DNA of 64,000 nt. Origin: Ramazzottius varieornatus. Taxonomy: Eukaryota > Animalia > Tardigrada. Numbering within the stretch: position 1 is the stretch's first letter; each line of letters begins with the position of its first letter. The stretch is from NCBI GenBank assembly GCA_001949185.1, contig BDGG01000014.1:1023378-1087377 (forward strand), written 5' to 3'. Of the stretch, positions 1-12,490 are shown piece after piece. The notes beneath the pieces were generated by a model. The model searched no databases. It had not been told where the DNA came from and saw nothing but the letters and a program-made list of their open reading frames with translations. A program made the translations under genes and the position numbers.

Positions 1-560
1 GAAGATATGCTCCATGTCTCGGAAAAAAGCAGCTGAAAAGCGTACCGTAGGAGAATGGGTAAATATACTCCGCTTTGGAGATGTCTTGCTCGGAACCGAG
101 CTCAGACTGCAGTATTGACAGCCACAATAATCTAGCTCTACAAGATGTTCTGAAGAAAAAACTGGAGTGTTTCGAAAGGGCGGAAGCAACGCAGAAAATT
201 TCGAAACGTGAGTGGCACCAAAGGAAAATCATGGATATTGTCTGGTTGCTATTTTACAGTCTAGACCGCTAAGAAATCTTTCTGCTCGGCACAACGGTAG
301 CCGAAGATCAGACCTCTCTGGTACGAGGAGGACTGATAAAGACCTGCCGTTCACTGAACGAAATTATTCAGTCGACTTATAGCACTTAAAGTCCCAAGTC
401 AGCTTTAAAGTGGGCATTGAACAAAACTTTTCCGCAAAACTGGAGGAGGTGGAACTGGAAACTCTCCTCCGCATACCAGGAAGAAATGATCTGATACTGA
501 AGGATTGTCCTCATATGAAAATATTTGAGCAGCTTTAACGAGAAAGAACAATTTCCTCCA
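1..560 (+). pseudogene. Possible decayed hAT-type transposase remnant
   Basis: Stop-interrupted reading with pieces resembling hAT/ZNF862 transposase: 'CSIDSHNNLALQDVL' (CxxH-LxLALQD-like) and 'KLEEVELETLLRI' (dimerisation-like). Weak, by-eye similarity. Confidence 0.3.
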
Positions 561-804
561 GAGAGCTCGAGGCTGCAAAAAATGGCTGCGGAAAGTTCGT
601 CTTTTCTCTTCCCCTATGCTCTTGCAGTACAGACATAAATTCGCTGCCGAAAAAATGAGTGAGGTACCTTGCTATTATAGGTGGATAACCGGATCCAAAA
701 TACCAAGGTTTAAAGTCAGGAAAATTTTCTGAAAATCTTCTTCGGGGGAATAACAAGCCATACGTCCGCCTCTAAACAACACAGCAGAGCAATTTGTTAT
801 ACCT

Positions 805-1368
805 ACCAGGAATGCCATGGCGTCTCGTTCTCGTCCGGCCCCCAAGCAAGCACCGTCGGCGTTGGTGGTCCCTGTTGCTCCAAAGGCGATGGCCAGCTGT
901 CCAATGTTACTGGATAGCTGGCCGCGGTGGAAGCCAGGGTAGGTCCAACAGGCGGCATTGTTACCAGGTGGGGGGAAGGCATGGTTGATTTGCACAAAGG
1001 GGGCGCTGCCGGGCCCTGTCGTCGCCGTGTCCTGCACAAACTGGATGCAACGTCCGCTGTCCTCCGTGATTTGCTGCATGGCATTTTTCAAGGCCTGCAA
1101 CTCATCGTTGACTGCAAGACAAAGACGTTAGGTCTCAGGCAGTTGTGAGATGCAATGAGGTAGAGTGGGTTTGCGGACCCCACTCGAAGTGGTTAAAGTT
1201 TGTGTTTGTGTCCAATTTCAGCTTACCGAAGCCCGGTCCAATTCGGTATTTGATAATATTGGATGGCCAAGCAGAGTAGGGATAGTTGGTTGACGTTTTG
1301 ACCAGTGCAGCACATCGGCCATGATGAACTGCAGCCAGCACCAAAAGCAACAATGTGGCTAAACGCAT
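805..1368 (-). CDS. Secreted astacin-fold protein, copy 1 (3'-truncated or pseudogene)
   Basis: Signal peptide MRLATLLLLVLAAV, WPSNIIKYRI, intron, then QALKNAMQQITEDSGRCIQF...CWTYPG...CLGAGRERDAMAFL. Clearly paralogous to copies 2-4. The expected next exon (VNILG...) was not found. Confidence 0.7.
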
Positions 1369-1899
1369 TTTTTGGTTATTTTCGGTAGATAGAAGACGTA
1401 GTGGCGCAAAGAAGTAAACTAGAAGACCCTGATAACCTTCAAGACCTAAACCTTGAAAACCCAGAAGCTTACTTTATGTTGTTTTTACTTGTTGTGAGTC
1501 AAAGTTTGGCAAGTTGTGAGTATTGGCACTTGAAGCAGTCTTTTGTGATGTGCCCACTCTGCATACGAAACAGTGATCTGTACACGCCTTGAAGTGGCTA
1601 CACTGTCACATTTTCCAGGTTTGACGCAGTTCTCGCAGAGTGCTTCCATCGCCAGCCTAGCACAAGTTTGCCTCACATACATCAGAATAGTCAGTACTTT
1701 TCTTACTCAAAACGGAATTTTTCTTCAGTATTTTGCTATGGATTCTGCAGTATACGCAGGAAAAGGAAGCTTGGGCAGGACGGCAAACTGAAAATTCAAC
1801 CGTAGAAAACTGCCGAAAAGTACATGGGTGTGAATTATCAAATACACACGTACGAATGCACTTCCGTTCCGCTGTTTCGAATCGTCTAGCCCGAACTAC

Positions 1900-4800
1900 T
1901 TCCTTTTCGTACGTGTAGCTGAAGCTACGCGCTGGAGAAGAAACCTGGCTAGGAAAAGCGTAAATCAGTAGAGTGATATCGGTGGTAGTTACAGTACTCG
2001 TACCAAACGGTACTCGGGCAAAATTCCGTTTGACCACCAAGAGACCCGGCGTTGCAGCTGGTGCGGTTGTCGGCGGCGCAACACGGAACGAAACCAAAGC
2101 CGCCGCTGGTGGCTATATTGACTGCCCAATGGTCTCGTTGCCTTGAGCCTACCTTCGACAAGGAAATCCATGACGGAGATGGAATTGTTCAAACTGATAC
2201 GAACGGTTAGGGCGAAAATCGCTGGCCGAAACTTTTCTCATGCCGAGACATACACAGTAACCATTCTCACAAGTACAGTCAACTCTTTGGAAATGTGGAC
2301 GAAAATTGTTGGTTTTTAATTTGAGGCCTGCTGAACGTTCAGCGCACAGCGTGCTGGGCTACGGGCCAAAATTACATAACACATACATTGATGTGATCAT
2401 GTAATCAAATCGCAGGTATTCGGCTGTAGTAGGCTTGGCGAGCAGCATCGTCAACTTTGAACAATTTCCGTGTTTCGATATCGGAAAATTGTCTCCACAT
2501 TCCGAACGAAGGACTGTTTAGTGCGTCACAGAGCGTTATGCATATGCGTATTCCACTGGATGCGATCCGGCATCGATGTTTATTCAGTCGAAGCCAGATG
2601 ATGACAACAGGACAGGCAATAACAAGGTTATAACAATGTAGTAAATATTCTGTCCGTTAGGAACAAGACCGGTGAAACAGAATACCGGTTTTCCTACTAG
2701 ACAGTGGGTGAGCTGGATGAGCTGCTGTAAGAGAAGAGCATTAATTGGGAACTTGACCACAGCCCAACTCAAATCGCAGATGAAGGATGCTTGAAGCCCC
2801 CTTAGAATCGACAGCTACCACACTGACATCCCGCGTCTTCACTGTGGTAGTGTAGGCGTCGATACTGGCCGTTTCGCCTCCAATAGCGGCAGGTGCGATG
2901 GAATTTGGCAGCGTGACGGTGGCGTCCGAGCCGACAGGAGTGCCCAGAGCTGACACGGACAGAACACCATCCGGCGTGATGGACCACTGCTCTTTGGGTA
3001 AGCCGGTGTAAGTGAAGTAGGAAAAATCATCCATATCGGGATCACTTGCCTATAAATCAAGGTTGTGTTCAGATAAACGTCCTACGTACTTGCCCTGTCG
3101 ATCAAACACTACAAATCAGACTGACAGACGCATGATTGACAATTATGGGCCAGTGGAAATTACGGAACAGGCCTTTTCGCTACGGCGCTACGAAAAGGAC
3201 GTAGGTAGGCGACCGATTCCCAGTAATACACTTTCCGACACTTTTCTACGAGGTAAACGACATAATTCGGCATATCGATTTTCGCACCATAATTCGGGCA
3301 ACACGAAAGGTTTGAACATTACCTTCAACGCTTGATTCATCCCTCATCGTACGTGTGTTGATACAACATTAGGCTTTTTAACATTGGGCAGACCCATCTC
3401 TATCCCAGACCAAATTGCCGTAATCTACAACGCTTTCCCGTTCTCAAACCTACTGAAACCTCGAGGAGAGAAATCAGTCTACCTCAGGAAACAAGAAGCA
3501 GTTCATTACGCGCAGCAAGAGCTGAGAAAAATATGCCCGAATTACGAGTGGAAAACTTCCATGCCCGAATTATGTCGTTTACCTCGTACAGTTGAATTGT
3601 CATCTGGTCGTCTTTCCCGCCTGGCCCATAATATGTCTCTTGGTGCGTGTGCAGCTCAGGGGCTTGGCATGATGTAGCTATTGAGCAGAAAATAGTCACT
3701 AACTCGAATAATGGCCACGATGTTGGGGCCAGCCAGTACTGATGGAGCGGCTGCTGCGATACAGTGAACAAAGACTTTGTTGAGGGTCGGTGCTGCGTTG
3801 GTGCCGGTGACTTGGCCGGGTTCTCCAATTGGCTTGCCCGATGTATCGACAACGTAGTTGACGATGTAGTTGGCCAAGCCTGGCTTGCCGGCTGCCGTGG
3901 CCGTCCCCGCTTCGTACTGGACAATCTGCGAGTTGATACGGGTGCCTCCAGCGGTGGTGCCACCCGACAAGGGTAGGACAGCCGGTAGGTACTCTTGCAG
4001 ACCGTCTCCGGCCTGGAATGTCCGCGGCTGGACGGCATTGGGTATTGGGCCGATGTTGGCTGTCACCGACTCGAAGCGTGGCGCGCAGTTGAGCTCAACC
4101 TGGATGGGCACCGTGTAGGTTTGCGGAGCGGTACCACCCGTCGTCACTTGCACAGCGGCGGTCACGCTGATGCTTCTCGTCGGTCGCTTATCCAGAACAA
4201 AGTTGACGACGTACTGGCATGGGGTGTTTGTACCGCAGGGTTTGAAGCCAAAAGCGCCAGTGGTCACTGCTAGGTCCACCACCAGATTCTTGGAGACAGG
4301 CAGCGGCGAGTCGACACTCATGCCAGGGACGGGCGTCTTCCAGCTGACTTGGATGGTGTCGGTGGCAGTAGGTGGTACAAGTCCGTCCAGCTACAACAAA
4401 GAGCAGCAGCTTTTACGTAAAGCTGGTAGGGTAAGTTTCAATCCATCAATCAAGTGATGAGCTTACAGGCAAAGTGGCCAGAACGAGGGGAACTGTGGCC
4501 GGTGAAGTGGTGCTGGCGGAAGGCGAAGCGCACTGGATACCGCGGGTTATGGAGGCAGGCTCGGGTGTGCCTGGAACTTTGAAAGATGGTCCAGCAGCGC
4601 TGCCCGACGCATAAGCTGCAAAACAATTCGGCGTATACCGTCCAGTAGGCACCAACTGGGTAAAGTCCACCTCCATTGATCAAACTCATCCCGCGCAAGA
4701 AGCAAAAGCTTGCGCAACTTACGGTCATCACGACATTGTAGTCTGGTGCCAGCCCTGGGATAGCCAAGTGAGGCTGGACAATACTTGCCGTACATGTCCA

Positions 4801-5671
4801 AGAGAGCAGTGCAGTCGTCGACACTCAGCCGCGCTTTAGCACCGACGACGCGACTTGTACTGAAGACCGGCTTGTTGAAGCTTTTGGCATACTTTTCCCC
4901 GGAAATCATGGTGATGGAGTTGAGGTCAAAGGCGCTCTTGTAGGTGGCGTTGACGTTGACGACGGCTCGGTTACTGGGGCCAAAGATGAATTTGCTCTTG
5001 AGGCTGTCCTTTACCAGCTCGTTTCTGGCCGAATCACCGGCTGCGTTGAAGGTCATGGGAGCCGGTTGTCCCATGGCCGCTGTCTCCCGATCATCGCGCT
5101 GGTACTCACTGTACAAGCCCAGGATGTTGACCAGCAGAGCCATAGCTTCCCGTTCCCGTCCAGGACCCAGACAGCTGCCGTCCTCGTTGCCGGTGCTGTC
5201 GGCTGCGGCGCCGCCGAACATGACAGCTAGCTGGCCCGAATTACGGCCTGTTTGGCCTTGATGGTAGCCGGGATATGTCCAGCACATGGCACTGTTGCCT
5301 CCCGGCGGCATGGCTTTCTGGAACTGGATGAAGGGAGCGCTGCCTGGGCCAGTGGTCTGTATGTCGCGCTCAAACTGGATGCAGCCTCCCGTTTCCTCTC
5401 GGATTTTGCTCATGGCATCCTGCAGGGCTTGGAATTCCTTTGTGGCTACACAGGAAGAGAGTCACCATGTACAATGGTGACGTGACGGCAAATAGAAGTA
5501 AGAAAGAAGAAGGAGATTTCTGGACTTACTGTATCCCTCTGCCCGATACTTGATGACGTTGGAAGGCCATTCAGAGTATGGAAAGTTGGCTCCAGGCAGA
5601 ACTCTGTAGGCGGCCTCTCCCGCCTGCATAACCATCCCAACCAGGAAAAAACTAGCTAGAGCAGACGGCAT
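1900..5671 (-). CDS. Secreted astacin-fold pseudo-metalloprotease with long beta-rich (cadherin/Ig-like) extension, copy 2; 3' end approximate
   Basis: ATG at 5671 with signal peptide. Exon 5530-5671 splices in frame to 5445 (YTTKEFQALQDAMSKI). Astacin landmarks WPSNVIKY, CIQF, CWTYPG, ALLVNILGLYSEYQRDDR, FDLNSITM, VGAKARLSVDD. Further coding exons at about 4465-4670, 3660-4390, 2760-3050 and 1900-2210. Confidence 0.75.
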
Positions 5672-6799
5672 TGTCGGGGACAGTAACTTCTGTGGAATGG
5701 TACAAGAGCGGTGCGCCTCCAGATTTCTATTTACATGTGGCTTTCAACAGGTGCAACGTTGTGGGCAAACCTTGTTACGTCAATGGCGCATTTGCCCAAG
5801 CGTATCGTGACATTTTCAAGATGTTTCGTAAGCAGTGTTTCAGAAAAATGACACGTTGGCACAAAGCCTACTCGACCAATTCTGCGCTGACAGCTTCTTG
5901 ATCGTTCGGTGCCCAATTCTTCAAGTGCTCATTGTATCTGCACGCCAGCCTAGCTCTGAACGATCTCCTTGTTTTGATGAACGAAGCGACGGCTGGAAAG
6001 TGCCAATCAATTTCCCCGAAAAATAAACTTGAGTCAACCTAGTGTGGAAATACCACACGGCTCTACTTGGAGATATCAGTCTTGTCAGAAAAACGGTTTC
6101 TGCTTCAAGCGTGTTCGTAACCGGTATCAACAGTAATTCTCTGCGACTGGTAGCAGGTGGTAGAGAAAATCCAGAGCGCACTGCATCAGTGTCCAACACA
6201 TTTTCCATCACTGGGCTTTGGGCCACTGCCAATACGGTCGAGAATAAGCGTCGGTTTATAGCTCAGCTAAGATAGATTTGGCCGGCCGACCCGACGGGTT
6301 AGCGCCTTTGTCCATCAAACAAAAACATGTGTCAGCTCGGTGTATGGCCCAGAACTCTACAGCAAGAAATGCGCCTGAGGGTAACGAAGTCCTAAACACT
6401 ATTACTCTCTCAGCTTCATCAATAACGTTTAGGAGTTTTAATGGCCTTCCATTTTGACTTTCTGTGAACAGTAGCCGGCGCCACATGGATTTAGCGACAA
6501 CAGTCTACCTTGTGAATGTGGCTCTATTTGCGGAGCTTTGTCAGAATCAAGCCTTTTGGCGCTTAGACGTGCTATACTAGGATAAGGGCACAACCAAGGC
6601 TAAGTTAGCTGGCATCCCCGTACGCCTCACGTGCACCACCATATAACAAACTAGACGGCTTTGTGTATACTTTTACATCCAACATAAACGTTGTATTTTA
6701 CAGTGACACATAGTTATTGCTCTGACTAAATCGTCAGACCGGCTGTCAGGTCCACTAGAATTCACAACATCAAAACGAAGAAAGTATGGTGATTTACAA

Positions 6800-7884
6800 T
6801 TGCAATCTAGACGAATGTCAGATAGGATTTCCGTTAGCGTCGAAGGCTGGTATAACTCCAATGGATATTTCCGGCTTGTTTCCAGTGGCATACGCTGCAA
6901 AAACACATCAGGTGTCCAGTTACTGAGAGATGTTTTCTCCACCAACTGTACTAGCTACAGAGAGTGCACTTACGGTCGTTGGTGCTACAGGTAGGTCGGC
7001 TGCCGCTGCCCTTCTCGGGACAGTATTTGCCGTACATGTATATCAAGGCCGCACAGTCCTGCACACTAAGAGCAGCTTTGACGCCCACTTCCACACCGGG
7101 TTGCAGGATGAAAACCTTCTTCAAGGGTGACTTGGCGAAGCGGTCGGATCGGACCATAGTGATGGATAATGGGTCGAATGGGCTGATTATTTGCGAATTA
7201 TTAGCGTTGAGTGTGTTGACTCTCCCAAAGATATTCTCACCAGCTAGACTGTCGTCAATCAAGTCGTTGCGTCCTTGGTCATCGGCCTTGGCGAAGATGA
7301 TGGACGGAGTGGGTGGGTCTTCGCGGTCTTGCCGGAGGTATTCATTCTGTAGGCCCAGAATGTTGACCAGCAGACGCATGGCATCCCGTTCTCGTCCAGC
7401 ACCCAGGCAGCTGCCCTCGTCTGCCCCGCCACCATACATCACCGCCACTTGCCCCTTTCCCCTCTGGTTTTGTAGCAGTGCGTTGAAACCAGGGTCGGCC
7501 GAACAGATGCGAGCCATGACGTTATGACCCAAATCTTTGCGGATGAGGACAAAAGGCACGTCACTGCTGTCGCTGACGTTGACATCACGCTTGAACTGGA
7601 TGCAGTTACCGGTATCCTTCGTGATTTGCTCCATGGCTGTCGTCAACGATGTTATTTCTTCTTCCACTGCCAAAAAGAATCGATCATGAAGTCTTTCTCC
7701 CGTGTGTACTGTGGTCAGACATTTGTACCGTCTACTTACCAAAGTCGGGACCCAGACGGTAGGTGATGACATTGGAGGGCCAGGGGGAAAAGGGGTGGGA
7801 AGGATCTGCCTTAATAATAACAGCAGCCTGTCCCAAGTCACAACAGACCAACACGGCAGTGATCACCGCAATCAGGAAAGCCAT
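6800..7884 (-). CDS. Secreted astacin-fold pseudo-metalloprotease, copy 3; 3' end approximate
   Basis: ATG at 7884, signal peptide MAFLIAVITAVLVCC, WPSNVITYRL, intron, then CIQF...RLLVNILGLQNEYLRQDRE...FDPLSITM...VGVKAALSVQDC...YGKYC. Confidence 0.75.
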
Positions 7885-9129
7885 ATTACAGCCGGTTATG
7901 ATACGAACTGCACAATTTCTCTCGGTAAATGTTACTAGTGCAAAATAACGAACTTTAGTGTTGGTCGCTGGCAAGAGTACACTGATGAGATGAAGTCAGC
8001 CAGGAGGCTGGAGCTTACGTCACGTCGTAGAGAGAGACCTGGGTCAGCAGGCAACCCACTTGCTCCATAACACTGCCTTCTTGATGACACTACTCCACTT
8101 TTCCTACCATCGTTTCCTCTGTCGGCAAAATTTCAAAAGCCTGGTCAACATCATGTATATCAACACGCATCATTCTGAACATAGAAACATACTTATCCGA
8201 TAATAAAAAAATCAGGATTACTCTCAATGCTATGCACCCCCACATAACGGAGAAGTGATCCGCTGACTGCCGAAAACGCAGGCCAGTGATGAAGTGTGTG
8301 AAAACATTACGTGGTGATCATTTCAAAGAAGTACGACGAGCGAGCGAGGAACAAGACAAACATCACACGCACGAAGAGAAACAATGGGTCAGTACAAATT
8401 ATGGCCCAGGCGGAAAAGACGGCAAGACGAACTTTAACTGTAGAAAAGTGTCGGAAAGTGCATGAGTGTGAATTAGACGCGTACGTGCGTCCTTTCGCAG
8501 CGCCGTAGCGAAAAGGCCTGGCCTATAATTTGTACTGATCTATAATTTCTCTTCGTGCCTGCCTGAATTATTCGGCTGTGAAACATGTCGCACGGGGTGG
8601 CTGAACACACGTAAGGTAGTCGATCGGTAGTATTGATTTCAGTGTGGAATTAATTTACGTACTTAATGATCATTCAATGGACGCAAGTCAACTGAAGACT
8701 CAGCTGGAAAACTGATATGGAAATTGAGTTACAAAACTTCTATTTGCAACAGTCGCAACGGTCCGAATGTGCGGTTAGAAAACAGTATTTCAGTGGCCCT
8801 ACTCAGAATTCAGATTTATTTAAATCCACAGATTTAGCTCAGCTAAATTCGCGTGCAGATTGGCCCATAGCCTAAATGTAGCCCGCCCATCGAGCTAAAT
8901 CTAATGCACCGAAACAGGTCGATTTAGCTAAATCCAGCGGCGTAAATCCAGTTGTGACGTCACATGGCTTACTGTTTTCCACCGAAAACAGCTGTTTTGC
9001 ACTCGTCACCCGGTACTTCAGAGACGTGTTCTGGCGCGAAGACGGAAACATTTTCAACGTTAGTTTCATGATACTTTTATTTTGATTCACTTTATGTTAG
9101 GTCGCTGAAGTTCGTTTTTTCTTTCGGAA

Positions 9130-10493
9130 ATGTCTTCTTGCGACGCTCCTTCGATACTCTACAGAGGACAGCTGCTTCCTGAACCAGCAGCTCAGCAAGT
9201 TCTTGTACAAAGTAGGATGGCAGAAAAGTGTACGGTTCAAGCCACGAAGAGGGAAGGATGGACTAAGCAAGCAGAAGAAAGCCTCCTCCAGTGGTTAGAA
9301 ACACCTGGAAACTACGACAAGTTTCGGTCTGCTCCGCAAGACAAAGGAGATGGAAGGAAGAGAACTAGCTCCAACACCAGGATGGACATCACGCGGAAGA
9401 TCGTGGAGCATCTTGCAAAGTCGGGTGCTGTAAAGACGGAAAAACAAGTAACCACTAAAGTCCATAACCTTGTTGGGAAATGGAAAGAGGCTCATCTAGC
9501 CAAGACTGGGACTGGTTTCGGTGTCAATGGCGAAGGAACCAAAAACGGAAAAGCGCTACGGGGTAAGACGAACTTTCAATTTACGGAACTGTGAAAAAAC
9601 ATTTCATCTTGCTTTCAAATGAACGATTTGCTCACTTTCGAGTTTTCGCTGGTGGTTAGACAGTTCTGATTGGTTGATTATTTCAAAGCGCTGTAAGGTA
9701 AGATGAGGCTGTCAAAATACGAAAGTGTGTAAATACGGTTTGTTTAAGCTTTTACCGAACGATTTGCTCACTTTCGTGTTTTCGGTGATGGCTCAGCAGC
9801 TTTGATTGGCTGATTATTGCAGAGACCATACTCGACATTTGCAAGTACTGGGACCGTCTTGATCCTGTTTTCCGCGATCGTGCTGGGATGTCTGCACCTT
9901 TTACAGGTGATAACGAAGATGGCGTGGCGACCAACGTTTTCACACTAGCCGTAACAGATAACACGGAAAAGACTATGGAATTTCCCGAAGGGACAGCCGA
10001 AGTTTCAGCAGAAGTACCGAAAGACAGACCGACTTCTCGCTACTCTGAATTAGAGGACCATCGGTCGGTTGCTGATAAGATGCTTGACGGTGATTATGTT
10101 CCATCAGACGACGAAGAAACTCTCACTGGATCACCTGGCTCAGCTTCAAAGAAACGTCCAAAAAAATTCAAGTCTTTGTGTGACGGCATGGATAAAAAGC
10201 CAAAAGAGAAAACAATGGATCTGGTAGGGATACTCGTGGCTAGCGGGAAAGAAAGGAATGAGCGTGCAGCGGCTAGGAACGAGGTCATGGAACGACGATT
10301 CACCCGAGAGTTGGACTTGAAAGAAAAAGAACTGAGACTGAACGAACAGCGACAGAAAGATGATCACGAGACGAAGATGGAAGAGCTCAGAATTCGAAAC
10401 CAAGAGATTGATCTACGCAAAGCCGAAATGGAATTCAAACGGACGGAGATGCTTCTAGAGTTGGAGAGATTGAAGCAGCAGCGTTTACAGTAG
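9130..10493 (+). CDS. Harbinger Myb/SANT-like DNA-binding protein (exons 9130-9562 and 9823-10493)
   Basis: WTKQAEESLLQWLE...VTTKVHNLVGKWKEA. The GT-AG intron joins in frame to ETILDICKYWDRLDPVFRDR. C-terminal coiled coil. Confidence 0.85.
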
Positions 10494-10751
10494 TGGTTTC
10501 CACCATGAACACCAAGACACGAAAGTTAGGAAATTAGACTTCTTACTTTTTGCTAAACCAAAAAATCCAACTTTCTAATTCTAATCGCTATTGAGACTTG
10601 AAATCGAAGTGAACTGGACTGAATCGAATACGTTTTTCTGGAATAAACGAACTGTTGATATTTTCTTTCTTCCAGAGCATCGATCGTTGGAGAAACGTTC
10701 TCTGAATCATGAAATGATACGAAAAATTAGCTTTCATGATTCCACTTAAAT

Positions 10752-11999
10752 TTACTGCCATCTTAAGACATATTGCTTGATTCTTTCTCGTTTGGTTGAA
10801 CCTCGTTCAGTCGCTACCGCTTGTTGATTCGGGTTTGGAATCGGGCCGTCATCACCATCATCTTCCACTGTCCACTCTTCATCATATTCGTCGTCCAGAA
10901 GCATATTATGTAGCATGCAACACGTTCTGATCCAGTACACAGCGAATTCGTGATCTTTCTTATTCTTGATTCTTAGTCGCAAGGCTTTTAAACTTTGGAA
11001 ACGGCCTTTGAGCATTCCAATAGTCTGTTCCACGATAACCCTAGCCTGACTATGAGCTGTGTTGAAAGCCGTGTTCTCGTGACTGTTGGCCAGGGGTTTC
11101 TTGAACGTCGGGACTATAATATCCGATACGGGATAGGCGCTGTCAGCAAGCAGATATTCATGACCAGAAAAATATTTGAATGGATTCAGAGCTAGCTTCG
11201 AATACATGAACACTCTGTGATCATGAGAACAGCCTGGGAAACCAGCGAAAACATGACGGATGCGTTTCAGATCATCGCAGACGATCATGGCATTAATGGC
11301 ATAGCTACCTTTCCGCGTGTAGTAATCTTCCCCACACATGGATGGAGCTTCCTGTAAACCAATTAGTGACCCGTCAACATATCCGAGGCAGTGGGGAAAC
11401 CCTTGGTTTTTTTCGATACGAGCTTTGATGGTAGCTCGCTCGCTCGTGTTAGGCCAAGTAACGACAGTCTTTTCCAGCGAGAGTAACGCGTACATCACTC
11501 TTTCGGTGTAAAGGCTTACAGTGCCCTCTCCAATTCCCAAACGCGATCCAGCAGTCCATAAAGACGAAGCGGAATCGTCGAATCCAAACCGCGACAATGC
11601 TACCATAAGCTGATCAGGCACAGGAGCCTGTTCGTGATGACTCTTGTTCCTGAAGACAATGTGAGAGCCTATTTTGTCCACAACAGCGAAAAATGCTTGC
11701 CTGGTCATTCGGGCGTTTCTCTTGAAGGTCAGCTCATCTGACTGGAATATCAGGTAGGCTAACTCTTTCGTTTTTGGTGAGTTCACTCGCGCGGAAAGGT
11801 AACGGCTTTGAGTGGCGAAATATCGAACGACAGCTATCTTGATTTCTTCATCATCTTCCGAACTGCTACCATCAGTTTCGCACAACATCTCATCCTCTTC
11901 GTCGCTACTAGAATCCAGAACATTATGAAGCACAAGATCTGTCAGAATTTTGACGTCGACTGACCGAACAAGTTCTTTACGGTTAACTAGACGAGGCAT
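10752..11999 (-). CDS. Harbinger (DDE_Tnp_4 / HARBI1-like) transposase, intact 415 aa
   Basis: Catalytic motifs CLGYVDGSLI, YLLADSAYP and RVIVEQTIGMLKGRF; also FKRNARMTRQAF and CCMLHN. Confidence 0.95.
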   Translation of the reverse strand: MPRLVNRKELVRSVDVKILTDLVLHNVLDSSSDEEDEMLCETDGSSSEDDEEIKIAVVRYFATQSRYLSARVNSPKTKELAYLIFQSDELTFKRNARMTRQAFFAVVDKIGSHIVFRNKSHHEQAPVPDQLMVALSRFGFDDSASSLWTAGSRLGIGEGTVSLYTERVMYALLSLEKTVVTWPNTSERATIKARIEKNQGFPHCLGYVDGSLIGLQEAPSMCGEDYYTRKGSYAINAMIVCDDLKRIRHVFAGFPGCSHDHRVFMYSKLALNPFKYFSGHEYLLADSAYPVSDIIVPTFKKPLANSHENTAFNTAHSQARVIVEQTIGMLKGRFQSLKALRLRIKNKKDHEFAVYWIRTCCMLHNMLLDDEYDEEWTVEDDGDDGPIPNPNQQAVATERGSTKRERIKQYVLRWQ

Positions 12000-12490
12000 G
12001 GTCGAACTGCTAGTAAGTGAGCGAGAAACAGAAAACTAAACTTTGTCACAGCTGGAAATTCGAGATGCATTCTCGGTGACGTCACCTTGGAATCTACGTC
12101 ATTGAATCGCTACCGTGATTTAGCCGTTATTTCGGCACTCAGAATTCAGGTCGTAAATTGGCTGTCTGATTGGTGGATTTCGCTAAATCAAGATCCAACT
12201 AAATAAGCCTGATTTAGATAAATCTGAATTCTGAGTAGGGCCAGTTTCGTCAGATTCGGCACGTCTTGCCCATTATGTTTGCCACACTGCGAGCGATTGC
12301 ATGGACCATGTCACTTGATTCCCTGATTCAATCGTGAAGCATCATGTAATGCTTGTGTATGTCATGTCGCGCGTTTGGCTGGCAAGCCGTAGCACGACGG
12401 CGTGGACATGGCAACCAGTATTGTTAACTTCTTGAATGATTTTCGCGCTTCAAAATCTGAAATTTTGTACACTTTTCGAGCCAGCGGACT

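Larger units (their letters stand above)
8795..12242. mobile_element. Autonomous PIF/Harbinger DNA transposon (3448 bp)
   Basis: 32-bp TIRs GGCCCTACTCAGAATTCAGATTTAT(T/C)TAAATC at 8795-8826 and 12211-12242 (1 mismatch). 3-bp TSD AGT at 8792-8794 and 12243-12245. Two convergent genes: Myb/SANT-like and DDE transposase. Confidence 0.95.

Noticed and set aside
9621-9812. Internal direct duplication in the Harbinger intron
   Set aside because: A local duplication of the intron 3' part with no effect on the spliced frame.
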